From the NCBI GenBank assembly GCA_016204995.1, contig JACQJR010000001.1, forward strand, positions 241,132 through 305,131: a stretch of 64,000 nucleotides of DNA, in the 5' to 3' direction. The stretch's first letter is position 1. Each line of letters opens with the position of its first letter. This stretch comes from Candidatus Microgenomates bacterium (GTDB lineage: Bacteria; Patescibacteriota; Microgenomatia; UBA8517; JACQJR01). Positions 11,067 through 21,012 of this stretch are shown piece by piece. The translations under genes were made by a program, and so were the position numbers. Under the pieces are notes generated by a model that saw only the letters and a list, made by a program, of their open reading frames with translations, did no database searches and was not told the origin of the DNA.

Positions 11067-11716
11067 ATTTTTTTTACTTTCACTAAAAATAGCATGCCCA
11101 GCAAAAATTTTTTTACCACCTTTAGATGAAAACCTGATTCTGCAACTAATTCTTCTAAAAAACCATTAGAAAAATTATGCAAATGTGTATGTTGCCAAAT
11201 ATTTTTTCCAGGCCATTTTTGCCACAGAGGCCATACTACACTATGGAAAAGCCAATTTTCGCTAGGTACCAGTACGATAGCATAACCACCGTTTTTTAAA
11301 ACCCGGTGAATTTCTTGCAAAACTCTTAAAGGATCTATTACATGTTCAAGCGCCTCAAGGCAAAATACGGCATCAAACTCACCAGTTTTAAAAGGTAAGT
11401 TGTGTGCATCTGCCACATGAAATTCCATTCCATTATTATTTTTAAACCTCTTCTTTGCATACTCAATTGAACTTTTCAGCACATCTATACCAATTAGTTT
11501 TTTGGCTTTTGTTTTTTCCCACACCACTTTAGTAAAAGTGCCATCAGCGCAACCAATATCTAAAATTACCTCTGCTGGTTCAATTAATTTACTAACTTGC
11601 CTAAAACGCCTGGTGTGCCAAAACCTTTGTAAAAGATTATGCTTAATTGACCGTTCATACCAATCAGGCGGCACATTTTCGTGAAGATGAACCGCGATAT
11701 CGTGTGTGTCTCTCAT
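11063..11716 (-). CDS. Class I SAM-dependent methyltransferase
   Basis: ILDIGCADG, DAHNLPF, LEHV, LKNGG. Confidence 0.85.
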   Translation of the reverse strand: MRDTHDIAVHLHENVPPDWYERSIKHNLLQRFWHTRRFRQVSKLIEPAEVILDIGCADGTFTKVVWEKTKAKKLIGIDVLKSSIEYAKKRFKNNNGMEFHVADAHNLPFKTGEFDAVFCLEALEHVIDPLRVLQEIHRVLKNGGYAIVLVPSENWLFHSVVWPLWQKWPGKNIWQHTHLHNFSNGFLEELVAESGFHLKVVKKFLLGMLFLVKVKKI

Positions 11717-13242
11717 TTACGTAATTGTACTATTAATTGCGATGTCCATTTATCTCCTAAAATTTTTTCTTCAAATACTTTGCCGTATTGTTCCTGCTCT
11801 TTCAAATATTGTTCTATAAAAGCATAACGCACTCCCCTCGTGGGTTCAATAATGCTAAACATTATATAATCCTTTTCCTGCGACTTCCAAGTAGGCAAAA
11901 AACCAGGATAGCCCAAAGCTGCTTCGCCAGCCCAAAAAGGTAGATAGTGATATTTATTTCCCCCATACCAGTTAAAAAGATAAGCCCAAGTAGTATTAAT
12001 TTTTAAAGGCATTGTTAACGCTGAGACTACAATTGGCTTATGTTCTGCTTTAGTATAGATAAAATCTAAAGCTTGTTTTTCTCTACCTAAAAGCATTCCT
12101 TCTTGAACATAAATATCGTTAATAATTCCTTCTTTATTTCTTTCCAAAACTTGAGTTAGATTGCTTGTTAATATCACTATCAATAAAACTATTGCTAGTA
12201 TTTTTTTCCTAGTATAAACTTTAGAGATCAAAAAGGCTGATATAAGTAGTAATGCAGGAGAAATACCAATATTAGAATAATAAAGTCTAGGCGTACCGAA
12301 CGCGAACAAAAAGATACCTGACAAAAACCAGATAGTTAAAAATGAAAATTCTCGGCGATAATCTTTTTTCTTAAAAATTAAATAAAACACATAAATAATT
12401 AAACCTATTAACAATAGTTGTAGAATTGTATAGTTATTATGGATTAAGTTAGCGCTTAAAATATTATCGTTTATATGCCTTATTAACTTATCAAAATAAT
12501 CTGTTAAGGAAAAATTACTTACCCTTGAATTACCAGTCATATTTAATAAGGTTTTTATTGTTCTAAAATTAAATTTTAAATCTGCTATTACAAAGGTGGA
12601 AATTGCTACTAAAAAAGCTCCTAGAGAAATAATTATTTGAGGAAAGGTTAGCTGCCTAATCACTCTTCTGCCAAATATTATTATTAATATTCCCATCACC
12701 CCTAATAAATAGATAATAAAAAACTCAAATTGTATTGATAGACCTAAGAAAAAAAGGGCCGTCGGCAAACCCACCCACTTTTTTTCAAAAAAAAGTAGCA
12801 TTAATCCTGCATAAAAGAGCATCATTGTCAAAACTGCTGGTGCGGGGTTACCGAAATAAAGAGCGTATTGAGTTTGTTCAAAAGAGATTGCGTATAAAAA
12901 AGCAGCCATTATTCCCACCATAGGATTAAATATCCTTCTCCCTATCCAGAAAATAATAAAAACACCTAAGGCATTAAGAATTGATAAAAAGGCTGCCGGA
13001 ATTTGGGGATTACCTCCACCTAATAAATAAAATGAGCCAATTAAATACCAGTAAAGTGGGCCATGGAAAAGATTTTCCGCTGCCGTAGAAGGACCAATAA
13101 TTTTTAAATTAAAATTTTTATAAATATCTAACGACTCAAAGGCATCTCTAGCTTGATCAAATCCAAAATAAATATTATCTGGAAAATATAAAAAACGCAC
13201 TGCTAGAGCAATAACAAAAATGAATATTAACAGTTTGCCCAT
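11713..13242 (-). CDS. GT-C glycosyltransferase
   Basis: FGFDQARDA..IIGP..HGPLYWY; paralog of the gene starting at 62821. Confidence 0.8.
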   Translation of the reverse strand: MGKLLIFIFVIALAVRFLYFPDNIYFGFDQARDAFESLDIYKNFNLKIIGPSTAAENLFHGPLYWYLIGSFYLLGGGNPQIPAAFLSILNALGVFIIFWIGRRIFNPMVGIMAAFLYAISFEQTQYALYFGNPAPAVLTMMLFYAGLMLLFFEKKWVGLPTALFFLGLSIQFEFFIIYLLGVMGILIIIFGRRVIRQLTFPQIIISLGAFLVAISTFVIADLKFNFRTIKTLLNMTGNSRVSNFSLTDYFDKLIRHINDNILSANLIHNNYTILQLLLIGLIIYVFYLIFKKKDYRREFSFLTIWFLSGIFLFAFGTPRLYYSNIGISPALLLISAFLISKVYTRKKILAIVLLIVILTSNLTQVLERNKEGIINDIYVQEGMLLGREKQALDFIYTKAEHKPIVVSALTMPLKINTTWAYLFNWYGGNKYHYLPFWAGEAALGYPGFLPTWKSQEKDYIMFSIIEPTRGVRYAFIEQYLKEQEQYGKVFEEKILGDKWTSQLIVQLRK

Positions 13243-13249
13243 CTTTAAT

Positions 13250-15583
13250 TTATCTTAATCTTATTCTACTTATTATAATAATTAAAACCAATATTAATAA
13301 GGAAAATTCGCTAATTTTTAAACCATTAAAAAAGGAGTTTGGTTCATAGACTAATTTCACCTCATGATTACCCGCAATTATTGGCACAGCTTGGAAATTA
13401 AAATCAGCTTTTTGTACTTCTTCTTTCTTACCATCGACATACTTTTTCCAGTCTGGATACCAGCTATCAGACAAAAACAAATAACCATCTTTAGTTGTTT
13501 TAACGCTTAATATTCTTTCTGTTTCAGAATATTTTTGCCAATTAACTTCTGACTTACCTTTCCCCGAAACCACCGGTGAATTTTCTTCTAAAACAATTTT
13601 TTCTGAATAAGGGAAATTTTTATCCAGCATTTTTGCCAAAGTCTTGTTTTGGTCTTTTTCCATTTCCCAGTTATAGACCATAAAAGCCCGTGGTAAAACG
13701 TTTTTATTTTCCAATACCCCTACACTTTTATCTTGAAAAACCAAACTAAACCTATTTTTATCAAAAACAAAGGGGTCATCCAACTTTGTCCGTTTGATTA
13801 AGAAATATTTAACATTTATTAAATTCAATAGCGGTGAATCTAATTTAGAAAAAATGCCATAGCGGTCTTGAGGAGTAGCAGTACTGTCATTCGTGTTAAC
13901 AGCGGCTATAAATTGAGCCATAGTAAGAGGATAAACAGCATCATAACCGCCAGCTGTCTCCAGTTTATAAGGTATCAATAAATTTGCCGGTACGACATTC
14001 CCCCCTTCCACTCTAAAAGGTTTATCTTGTTGGTTTAGGAAATCTAATACCGGAGTCGGCGGATAGATAATATTCCGGGAGGAGAATGGAGTAAATTTCC
14101 ATCCAAAATAAAAAAGCTCAAAAATTAAAATACCAGATAGAATTATTGCGCCCAATAATTTAATTTTTCCTCGTGCCACCAAAATAATAATGGCGCTGAA
14201 CAATAACGCCATACTAGGAATAAACAAATTTCTTAGAGCCACTTTACTAAATTCATTATTCAAACCAAAGACTGCGTATAGACCAAATCCTCCTAATAAA
14301 ATAATAGGAATCAGAAAAACAAATTTTATATTAGATTTACCTTTTTTCGACCACCAGTAATCAAAACCAAAACCAGCCAAGCAGGAAATTGATGAATTAA
14401 ATATCACTAAAGATTTAAAGGAGATACCCGCTTGCAAACCAAATACCCCACTTTTCCAAAAAGCCACTGATAAAAAGGTGGGGAAAGCCAGTATTGATGA
14501 AAAAGCTAATATGAGTAATAAAAATTTAATTTCTTTGGATTTATGCCACATCAACAAACCAATTTGAGCTAAAATAAAACCAGTCACACTGACAAAACCT
14601 AAATTGGAAGTATAATTTTTTGGCCCCCAATAATTAGCAGTGGCGTGATTACCAAAATAATCCGGAGCTAAAAATGTAATTATTTGTCTCCAGGACAGAA
14701 ATGCCCATTCTTGTGGAATTTGCTCACCTTTTCTTTGCGATAAATTTAAAAGTTCTTGTGCTGGTAAAAGCTGTAAAGCTGCAAGTCCAACACCTAACAC
14801 TAGAAAAATAACTAAAAATACCAAATTATTAAACCGATTTTTGATATCCTTTATTCTAAATAAAACTAATAATCCCACTGCTTCCAGACTGTAGATGAGA
14901 AGCTGGGGATAGCCAGATAGTATTTGTAAGGTAAGTGATAAAGAAATACCTATTCCATTAACCCATTTACCAAGCATTAGCCATCTGTCAGTGAATAAAA
15001 ATAGAAGTGGGATAAAAGCAGCGGCCAGTGTATGAGCATTCCATTCTGACCAAATTAAATTAAAACCGGAGAAGGCAAAAATTACTCCACCAATTATTGA
15101 TCCAAATTTACCAACTCGCCAATGACGCAATAATAGATAGGTAAAAACAGCGGCTAAAATATGTTGCAAGATAATCTGCCAACTCCAGGCAGTTAATTTA
15201 TCAAACAAAAAGTAAAAAATATTAGTGGGTGAAAAGGGAGCTGATTGAAAATTAGCCAGTAGGGGAGTCCCAAATAAAATATAGGGGTTCCAAAGAGGCC
15301 ATTGACCGCTTTTCATTAAATCAATAGCCAACATTCGCATCGGGTAGCTGAAAGAAATGGCGTCGGAAGTAATGGGATTTTTGACTGGCACTCCAGCAGG
15401 ATAACCCCACTTATAATCCAACCACGGCAGATAAGTTCCTACTACTAAGTCGCCACTGACTGGTACTTGTTTAAATAAAAAAACTTTCCAGAAGAATGTA
15501 CAAACAATTAACACCAGCAGGAAAAATGGCCAGCAGTTTTTAAATAATTTGTAAGAAATCCTCTTTAAAACGCTCATAACCAT
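13250..15583 (-). CDS. YfhO-family membrane glycosyltransferase
   Basis: PLWNPY..GTPLLANFQSA; C-terminal SDSWYPDWK..DG..F.AV..GNHEV.L.Y; exact start uncertain. Confidence 0.85.
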   Translation of the reverse strand: MVMSVLKRISYKLFKNCWPFFLLVLIVCTFFWKVFLFKQVPVSGDLVVGTYLPWLDYKWGYPAGVPVKNPITSDAISFSYPMRMLAIDLMKSGQWPLWNPYILFGTPLLANFQSAPFSPTNIFYFLFDKLTAWSWQIILQHILAAVFTYLLLRHWRVGKFGSIIGGVIFAFSGFNLIWSEWNAHTLAAAFIPLLFLFTDRWLMLGKWVNGIGISLSLTLQILSGYPQLLIYSLEAVGLLVLFRIKDIKNRFNNLVFLVIFLVLGVGLAALQLLPAQELLNLSQRKGEQIPQEWAFLSWRQIITFLAPDYFGNHATANYWGPKNYTSNLGFVSVTGFILAQIGLLMWHKSKEIKFLLLILAFSSILAFPTFLSVAFWKSGVFGLQAGISFKSLVIFNSSISCLAGFGFDYWWSKKGKSNIKFVFLIPIILLGGFGLYAVFGLNNEFSKVALRNLFIPSMALLFSAIIILVARGKIKLLGAIILSGILIFELFYFGWKFTPFSSRNIIYPPTPVLDFLNQQDKPFRVEGGNVVPANLLIPYKLETAGGYDAVYPLTMAQFIAAVNTNDSTATPQDRYGIFSKLDSPLLNLINVKYFLIKRTKLDDPFVFDKNRFSLVFQDKSVGVLENKNVLPRAFMVYNWEMEKDQNKTLAKMLDKNFPYSEKIVLEENSPVVSGKGKSEVNWQKYSETERILSVKTTKDGYLFLSDSWYPDWKKYVDGKKEEVQKADFNFQAVPIIAGNHEVKLVYEPNSFFNGLKISEFSLLILVLIIIISRIRLR

Positions 15584-16562
15584 ATTTGTTACTATCTTCT
15601 AAAGCCTTTTCGGATAATATGACTCTATTTTTATCATTCCTAATAACTTTATTAGTATCATCTATAAGTTGATCAATATCTTCCCATAAATAACCATTGG
15701 TGCCATTAACTATTTCTCTGTGGCCACCAGCCGCAAAAACTATTGGTACGCATCCAGCGCTCATTGCTTCTACCACTGTAATACCAAAATGTTCCACCTT
15801 CTGTGGATTTTTTTCTTCATTAATCTCAAAGCCGGATGCTGACCAAAATATTTTTGCCTTGCCATATATATTTTTCAATTGATTAAAATCAGGATTTTCT
15901 TTAATTTCAATATTGTAGCCAGCGCTTTCCTCTCGTAAATTCTCCACAATTTCCTTACCCCCCACATCACTGCCGCCCGCTAAAATTAATTTCCATCCCT
16001 TTAATCCACCATCAATCATTTTTTTAAATGTATCTACCAAAACATCCTGCCTTTTAGCTTGCAGTAATTGGGAAAATCGACCGACTGATAAAATAATATT
16101 TTCTTTTTTAAGAGGTTTAAAACTTGCCACATCAACCGGAGGATAAATCACCACACTATTTACTCCATATTCGCGATCTATAAATTGCTTTGTGAAATTT
16201 GAATTGCAGACTACGCTATTTATTTTTCTAAGTTTTAATCGATTGAAAAGTGATTTGCCGTTAACATAATGGAATGGCACCTGGAAATGAAGAATGTTCT
16301 TTTTGGCAGATAAGTTTGGAACGCTTCCATCTGACAGCCAAAAAACTAAATCATAACCCTGACCTTTATTAATATTTTTAACAATTTTTACTTTTGATAA
16401 ATCTATTCCTAATCTATTTTCTAATTTATTTTTAATTTCGTCTTCTCCCCACTCTACGTCTACATTCCAACCGTTTTCTATAAGTACTTGAGCCACTGTC
16501 ATCACATACCGCTCTCCCCCTCCCAACGTATCTAAATATGGATCGTAAATAGCTGCGCGCAT
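15540..16562 (-). CDS. GT4 glycosyltransferase
   Basis: GGGERY, SVGRF, EHFGITVVEAMSAG. Confidence 0.9.
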   Translation of the reverse strand: MRAAIYDPYLDTLGGGERYVMTVAQVLIENGWNVDVEWGEDEIKNKLENRLGIDLSKVKIVKNINKGQGYDLVFWLSDGSVPNLSAKKNILHFQVPFHYVNGKSLFNRLKLRKINSVVCNSNFTKQFIDREYGVNSVVIYPPVDVASFKPLKKENIILSVGRFSQLLQAKRQDVLVDTFKKMIDGGLKGWKLILAGGSDVGGKEIVENLREESAGYNIEIKENPDFNQLKNIYGKAKIFWSASGFEINEEKNPQKVEHFGITVVEAMSAGCVPIVFAAGGHREIVNGTNGYLWEDIDQLIDDTNKVIRNDKNRVILSEKALEDSNKYGYERFKEDFLQII

Positions 16563-16668
16563 AAATTTAAAATTTCTAATTCTTAATTCTTAATTTCTAA
16601 TTTCTAAATAAATCCCAATGATTTAATGTCTAAATTTTAGGTCAATTAGATTAATTAGAATAATTAGG

Positions 16669-17493
16669 TCAATTTTTCTGCTGTTGCATTTCCCATAACT
16701 TGGCATATCTGGCAAAAACACTATAACCTTGGTAAAAAGAGAAAATAATACCGGCGGTTCCATCTAAAAATCCTAGTTTTAAAATTAACCGGCCCCATAC
16801 TTCACTTACTACTGGTCTAACAAATCTCCACCATGTCATTTTTGGATGACCGCTATCGTACAATAATTTTGCTTCTATTTCTGACCATTTATTAGTTTTT
16901 TTAATCATATCTTCTAAATTATCCTCTTTTAAATGAATGAAAGCATTTTTTAAATAACCAATTTCTCCCTCAATTTTTGGCTGCTCATGTAATTCTCCTT
17001 CCCAACGGATTAATTTATCTTTTTTAATCAAACGAATGACATAATCAGGGTACCAGCCGCCGTGGCGTAATTCTTTCCCAAAAACAAAATTACGTCTCGG
17101 AATAGCAAAAGCCGCCGGTGACGGGTGACTCGCGGCGGGGAGCCCCACGGAAGGGGCCCCAGAGTTGTTACCTGGTGGAATGGCCGTGGGGCTGCCGCGA
17201 GGCAGGACCCGTCGGCTGATTTCCTCACGTAATTCCAGAGTTACTCTCTCATCTGGATCAATATAAAATAGCCACTCACTTTTTGCCACCTCTTTTCCCT
17301 GATTTCTCCAAGTATCATAACTACCAGCTTTTTGTTTAAAAATTCTGGTGCCATATTTTTTGGCAATCTCTAAAGTTTTATCAGTTGACCCAGCGTCCAA
17401 GATAATAATTTCTCCTAAATCTTTTGCTGATTCCAAACAATCAGTTAATTTTTCAGCCGCATTTTTGGTTAAAATAATTACTGAAATATTCAT
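16669..17493 (-). CDS. GT2 (WaaE/KdtX-like) carrying an in-frame hairpin element
   Basis: VIILTKN, DAGSTD, DPDE, WYPD..RL, LHE; about 25 extra aa compared with paralog 18398..19291. Confidence 0.85.
   Translation of the reverse strand: MNISVIILTKNAAEKLTDCLESAKDLGEIIILDAGSTDKTLEIAKKYGTRIFKQKAGSYDTWRNQGKEVAKSEWLFYIDPDERVTLELREEISRRVLPRGSPTAIPPGNNSGAPSVGLPAASHPSPAAFAIPRRNFVFGKELRHGGWYPDYVIRLIKKDKLIRWEGELHEQPKIEGEIGYLKNAFIHLKEDNLEDMIKKTNKWSEIEAKLLYDSGHPKMTWWRFVRPVVSEVWGRLILKLGFLDGTAGIIFSFYQGYSVFARYAKLWEMQQQKN
17120..17213. repeat. GC-rich hairpin element, copy 2 (94 bp)
   Basis: GACGGGT-GA-CTCGCGGC..AGCCCCACGG..CCGTGGGGCT-GCCGCGAG-GCAGG-ACCCGTC. Confidence 0.85.
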
Positions 17494-18401
17494 GAGTTAA
17501 AACTCCCCTTCCCTAAATTTCCCAAATAATAATCTATCACTCCCCGTTTCTGCCATTTTCTGCCATTAAAAAGTAAGCGGATTGATTCACGCAGCAGGGC
17601 AAATTTAGCTCTCATATTGGCGTATCTAGCAGCAAACAACAGACGATTTCTGGTAATATAATAATCGTTTAAGCTGCTGCCGATGCCTGAACTTTGGGCC
17701 ACTTTATGCCAAAGAATTGCTTTAGGGTTATAAATAATTTTAAAACCGGCTTGTTTTGCCCTTTGGCAAAAATCAGCATCTTCCAAATATAAAAAATAAT
17801 TTTTGTCAAAAAAACCAATTTTGTTAAACACTTCTTTGTTAACAAATAAGCAGGCTCCTGTCGCATAATCTATTTCGCTAGTTTCGTTATATTGCCCTTT
17901 ATCTACCTCATCCACTCCCTGATGTGACAGTAAAACATTCTTCCAATCAATTAAACCACCAGCATACCAAATCACTTTCCCCAGCTCATCTTTTTTATAC
18001 CTACTTTTATGAAATTCAAACCCATTGGCGAAATATATTTTAGGTGATACTATTCCTGCAACAGGATATTTTTCTATTGTTTTAATTAATTGAATGGCTA
18101 AGTTTTTATCTACCACCGTATCATTATTAAGAATCATTACATAATCTGCCTCGTCCTCTAAAGCGGCTCTAATTCCCACATTATTCCCTTCCGCATAGCC
18201 CAAATTCTCCTTGTTTTCTATAATTTTGCACTTTGCACTTTGCACTTTTAACTCTTCCACCAATCCATCTTTACTTCCATTATCCACTACATAAATTGAT
18301 AATTGATAATTGATAATTGATAATTTTTCAATGCTCTCTAAACATTGCATGGTATCTCTTTTGCCATTCCAATTAAGGATTACAATCGCTACTTTTTTCA
18401 T
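17490..18401 (-). CDS. GT2 glycosyltransferase
   Basis: VILNWNG, VDNGSKD, LNND, YLEDAD. Confidence 0.9.
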   Translation of the reverse strand: MKKVAIVILNWNGKRDTMQCLESIEKLSIINYQLSIYVVDNGSKDGLVEELKVQSAKCKIIENKENLGYAEGNNVGIRAALEDEADYVMILNNDTVVDKNLAIQLIKTIEKYPVAGIVSPKIYFANGFEFHKSRYKKDELGKVIWYAGGLIDWKNVLLSHQGVDEVDKGQYNETSEIDYATGACLFVNKEVFNKIGFFDKNYFLYLEDADFCQRAKQAGFKIIYNPKAILWHKVAQSSGIGSSLNDYYITRNRLLFAARYANMRAKFALLRESIRLLFNGRKWQKRGVIDYYLGNLGKGSFNS

Positions 18402-19291
18402 TTTGTCAGCCTGCGGAGAACTTTGGTAAGAATAGTGGGTCTTCTCATTCTTTTAGCAACTAACCAATGATCAATTTCTCCTTCGGCAGCGGCTATTTCA
18501 TTATTAACTTCATGCGGATTAAGATTTATGACTTCAAATTTAGCCAGTTCCCAAATTTTTAAATATAATACCAACTCTGAAAACGATTGCAGCAAACAAA
18601 CAGCCAATCCATGCACCCCATCTTTATAGCCTTCTCCCGCTAAAAATCTGCTAACAAATTCTCCGCTGGGTTTGGCAATTAAATCACGCCAGTTAAATTT
18701 ATAACCATCTTCTATTTTAAGTTTCGCTTGAACCGTAGTGTAACGATCAAGTCTCGCTAAATATTGCGATATTGATTGATAGTTGTGATGAACAATGGCT
18801 AAAGGTTCTTCATCTGGCAGATCTTGACCTATACCATGAGTTTCTGGCACTGAATGAATAAGCTCACTCCATAAAACCTGATCTTTTTTAAAAAAACGGA
18901 TATTATAATCCGGCCACCAGCGGGCATGCCTAATCCACTGCCCAAAAATTATATTCTTGCGGGGTAGGCGATAAAAATCAGCCTCACTATCCTGGCTTAT
19001 GCTCTGCAATTTTTTAGCTAATCTATCGGGAATTTCCTCATCAGCATCCAAAATTAAAATCCAGTCGCCCGTGGCTTTACTAAGAGCAAAATTGCGGGCC
19101 GGCTCCACATAACCAATATACTTATGATTAAAGACTTTCGCTCCCAGTTTTTTAGCTATCTCTTTAGTATCGTCGTTAGATTCCATATCTACTACTATAA
19201 TTTCACTAGCTAAATTTTTTATTGAGGCAATGGCCCGAGGTAAGTTTTTCTCTTCATTCCAGGTATTAATGACAACTGATATATTAGACAT
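18398..19291 (-). CDS. GT2 (WaaE/KdtX-like)
   Basis: VINTWNEE, DMESND, LDADE, WWPD..RFF, IH; start is ATG 19291 or 19294. Confidence 0.9.
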   Translation of the reverse strand: MSNISVVINTWNEEKNLPRAIASIKNLASEIIVVDMESNDDTKEIAKKLGAKVFNHKYIGYVEPARNFALSKATGDWILILDADEEIPDRLAKKLQSISQDSEADFYRLPRKNIIFGQWIRHARWWPDYNIRFFKKDQVLWSELIHSVPETHGIGQDLPDEEPLAIVHHNYQSISQYLARLDRYTTVQAKLKIEDGYKFNWRDLIAKPSGEFVSRFLAGEGYKDGVHGLAVCLLQSFSELVLYLKIWELAKFEVINLNPHEVNNEIAAAEGEIDHWLVAKRMRRPTILTKVLRRLTK

Positions 19292-19311
19292 CATGATAAT
19301 TGTAACAGAAT

Positions 19312-21012
19312 TTAGTTCACGCGATATATAACCACTTCTTGATTTTCAAATATGTTAGTTAGCCCTAATTGGCCCTCGCCTAGACGAAAACGTTGGCCAA
19401 AAACCGGTGTTTGATTTAATACCAGATAGAGATAATGAATTTTGTTATCAGCCAAGAATTTTTGCACCTCTTCCTGATTAAGACTATCAAAAGGCAGCAT
19501 TGATTTCTCCCGTCTGTTTCTCCAATCAAAACCGGTAATATTTAAATTAATTTCATCTTCCAGATAAGTGGGATGTTGGGAGAAGGCTGACACATAGGCA
19601 CTAGAGGCATATAGATAAAGCGGCCTAGGAGGATTATTGACCGCCAGTTCTGCTTTATATTCATCAAAAGGATAAGTTAAAACCACGCCTTGCGGTTGCT
19701 TTTCCAAAAATTTGAGAGCCGCTAGCTCCTGGTGGGAAATTTTAGCCGGCGGCCGCATTGGCAAATAACTAAGGCTCAAAGTACCAATCGTGGTCGACAA
19801 AGTTAATAAAACTACTAAAATAATAAGCCAGGTTTTTTGTTGAGCCAACCAAATTCCGGATAATATGGACATCACAAAAAGTGAATAGTAAAAAAATTGA
19901 ATTGTATTCCAAGGGGTGCCGGATTGCAAAAAAAACATGGGCAAAATTATTCCCAATGAGGCCATCACTAATAAAAATAAATCTATCTGGCTAAATTTTC
20001 TCCATAATTTATTCTTGATGATTCCATATACTCCCACCACCCTAGTTCCCATATTACCCACTAAAAATATTAAAAATGCTATAAAATAAGCCGGAATAAG
20101 CTTAAGAAAAATATGGCCAGTTTTATAATTCATTAATGCCTCATAAAATCTGGGCCAGCCAAATCTATCCGATACCGCCATCATGGTTTCCAAAAACCAG
20201 AAAGGCTGGAAAACGATCATTTTTTGTGAACCGCTATTTAAGGGCAAAAAAAGTAGCATGGATAAAACTGCTGATCCGCCAAATATAGATAAAAATGTAA
20301 ATTTACCACTTTTAATTAATTGATAGATACCAATTACCAGAAGACCTGCTAAAGCCAAAATACCAGCATAAATTTTAATTTCTGCCAGCAAACCAAAAAA
20401 AATAATTGCCAATGCTAAATGCCAAATGCTAAATTTGTTTTTGAGTTTTAAAATTAAAATTGCGCCCGAGAGAAGCAGAACTAACGACATGGCAAACGGT
20501 GGATTAATCAATGTGGAAATAGATTGCTGCGACCAAAAAAGTGATTCTCCGCCAATTTGTTTATTACGAATTAAAGTCACAATCCAACCAAAATCTCCCG
20601 CAAAATAGACAAAAAAAGTGGCCCATAAGGCCTCACGGGAAGAATTTCGCCATAACATTACAAATCTATAAGTCAGCCAACCAACCAAAACCGCCAAAAG
20701 CGTTGGTAAGATTTGAAAATAAAGTGTAATGGCAGGGATTTGTGTTAATTTATGAATCCAAGCTAGTATTAAATCAAAGCCAATGTGATAGTTGCGAATA
20801 TTTTCCCCGGAAAAAATCGGCATTTCCCAAGAACCGCGAGATAAACTATTAATCAAGGCAAGATGCCAGACTCCATCATGACCATTCGGCCCCCAAAAAC
20901 CCATCCCAAAAGGATAAATCAAACCGCTTTTGACCATGGTTAAACTCCAACTTAAAGAGCCCAAGAAAATAACTAACAGAATAGATAAATTATTTTTTCT
21001 TAAAAGTGGCAT
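19312..21012 (-). CDS. Multi-TM membrane protein, probable GT-C
   Basis: HDGVWH..NYH motif in the first loop, many TMs, soluble C-tail; start ATG 21012 chosen. Confidence 0.6.
   Translation of the reverse strand: MPLLRKNNLSILLVIFLGSLSWSLTMVKSGLIYPFGMGFWGPNGHDGVWHLALINSLSRGSWEMPIFSGENIRNYHIGFDLILAWIHKLTQIPAITLYFQILPTLLAVLVGWLTYRFVMLWRNSSREALWATFFVYFAGDFGWIVTLIRNKQIGGESLFWSQQSISTLINPPFAMSLVLLLSGAILILKLKNKFSIWHLALAIIFFGLLAEIKIYAGILALAGLLVIGIYQLIKSGKFTFLSIFGGSAVLSMLLFLPLNSGSQKMIVFQPFWFLETMMAVSDRFGWPRFYEALMNYKTGHIFLKLIPAYFIAFLIFLVGNMGTRVVGVYGIIKNKLWRKFSQIDLFLLVMASLGIILPMFFLQSGTPWNTIQFFYYSLFVMSILSGIWLAQQKTWLIILVVLLTLSTTIGTLSLSYLPMRPPAKISHQELAALKFLEKQPQGVVLTYPFDEYKAELAVNNPPRPLYLYASSAYVSAFSQHPTYLEDEINLNITGFDWRNRREKSMLPFDSLNQEEVQKFLADNKIHYLYLVLNQTPVFGQRFRLGEGQLGLTNIFENQEVVIYRVN

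Noticed and set aside
7560-17213. Hairpin elements as introns or CRISPR repeats
   Set aside because: No bulge-helix-bulge or group I/II core; excising the 94-bp copy at the stem ends would break frame; copies are kilobases apart with no spacer array.
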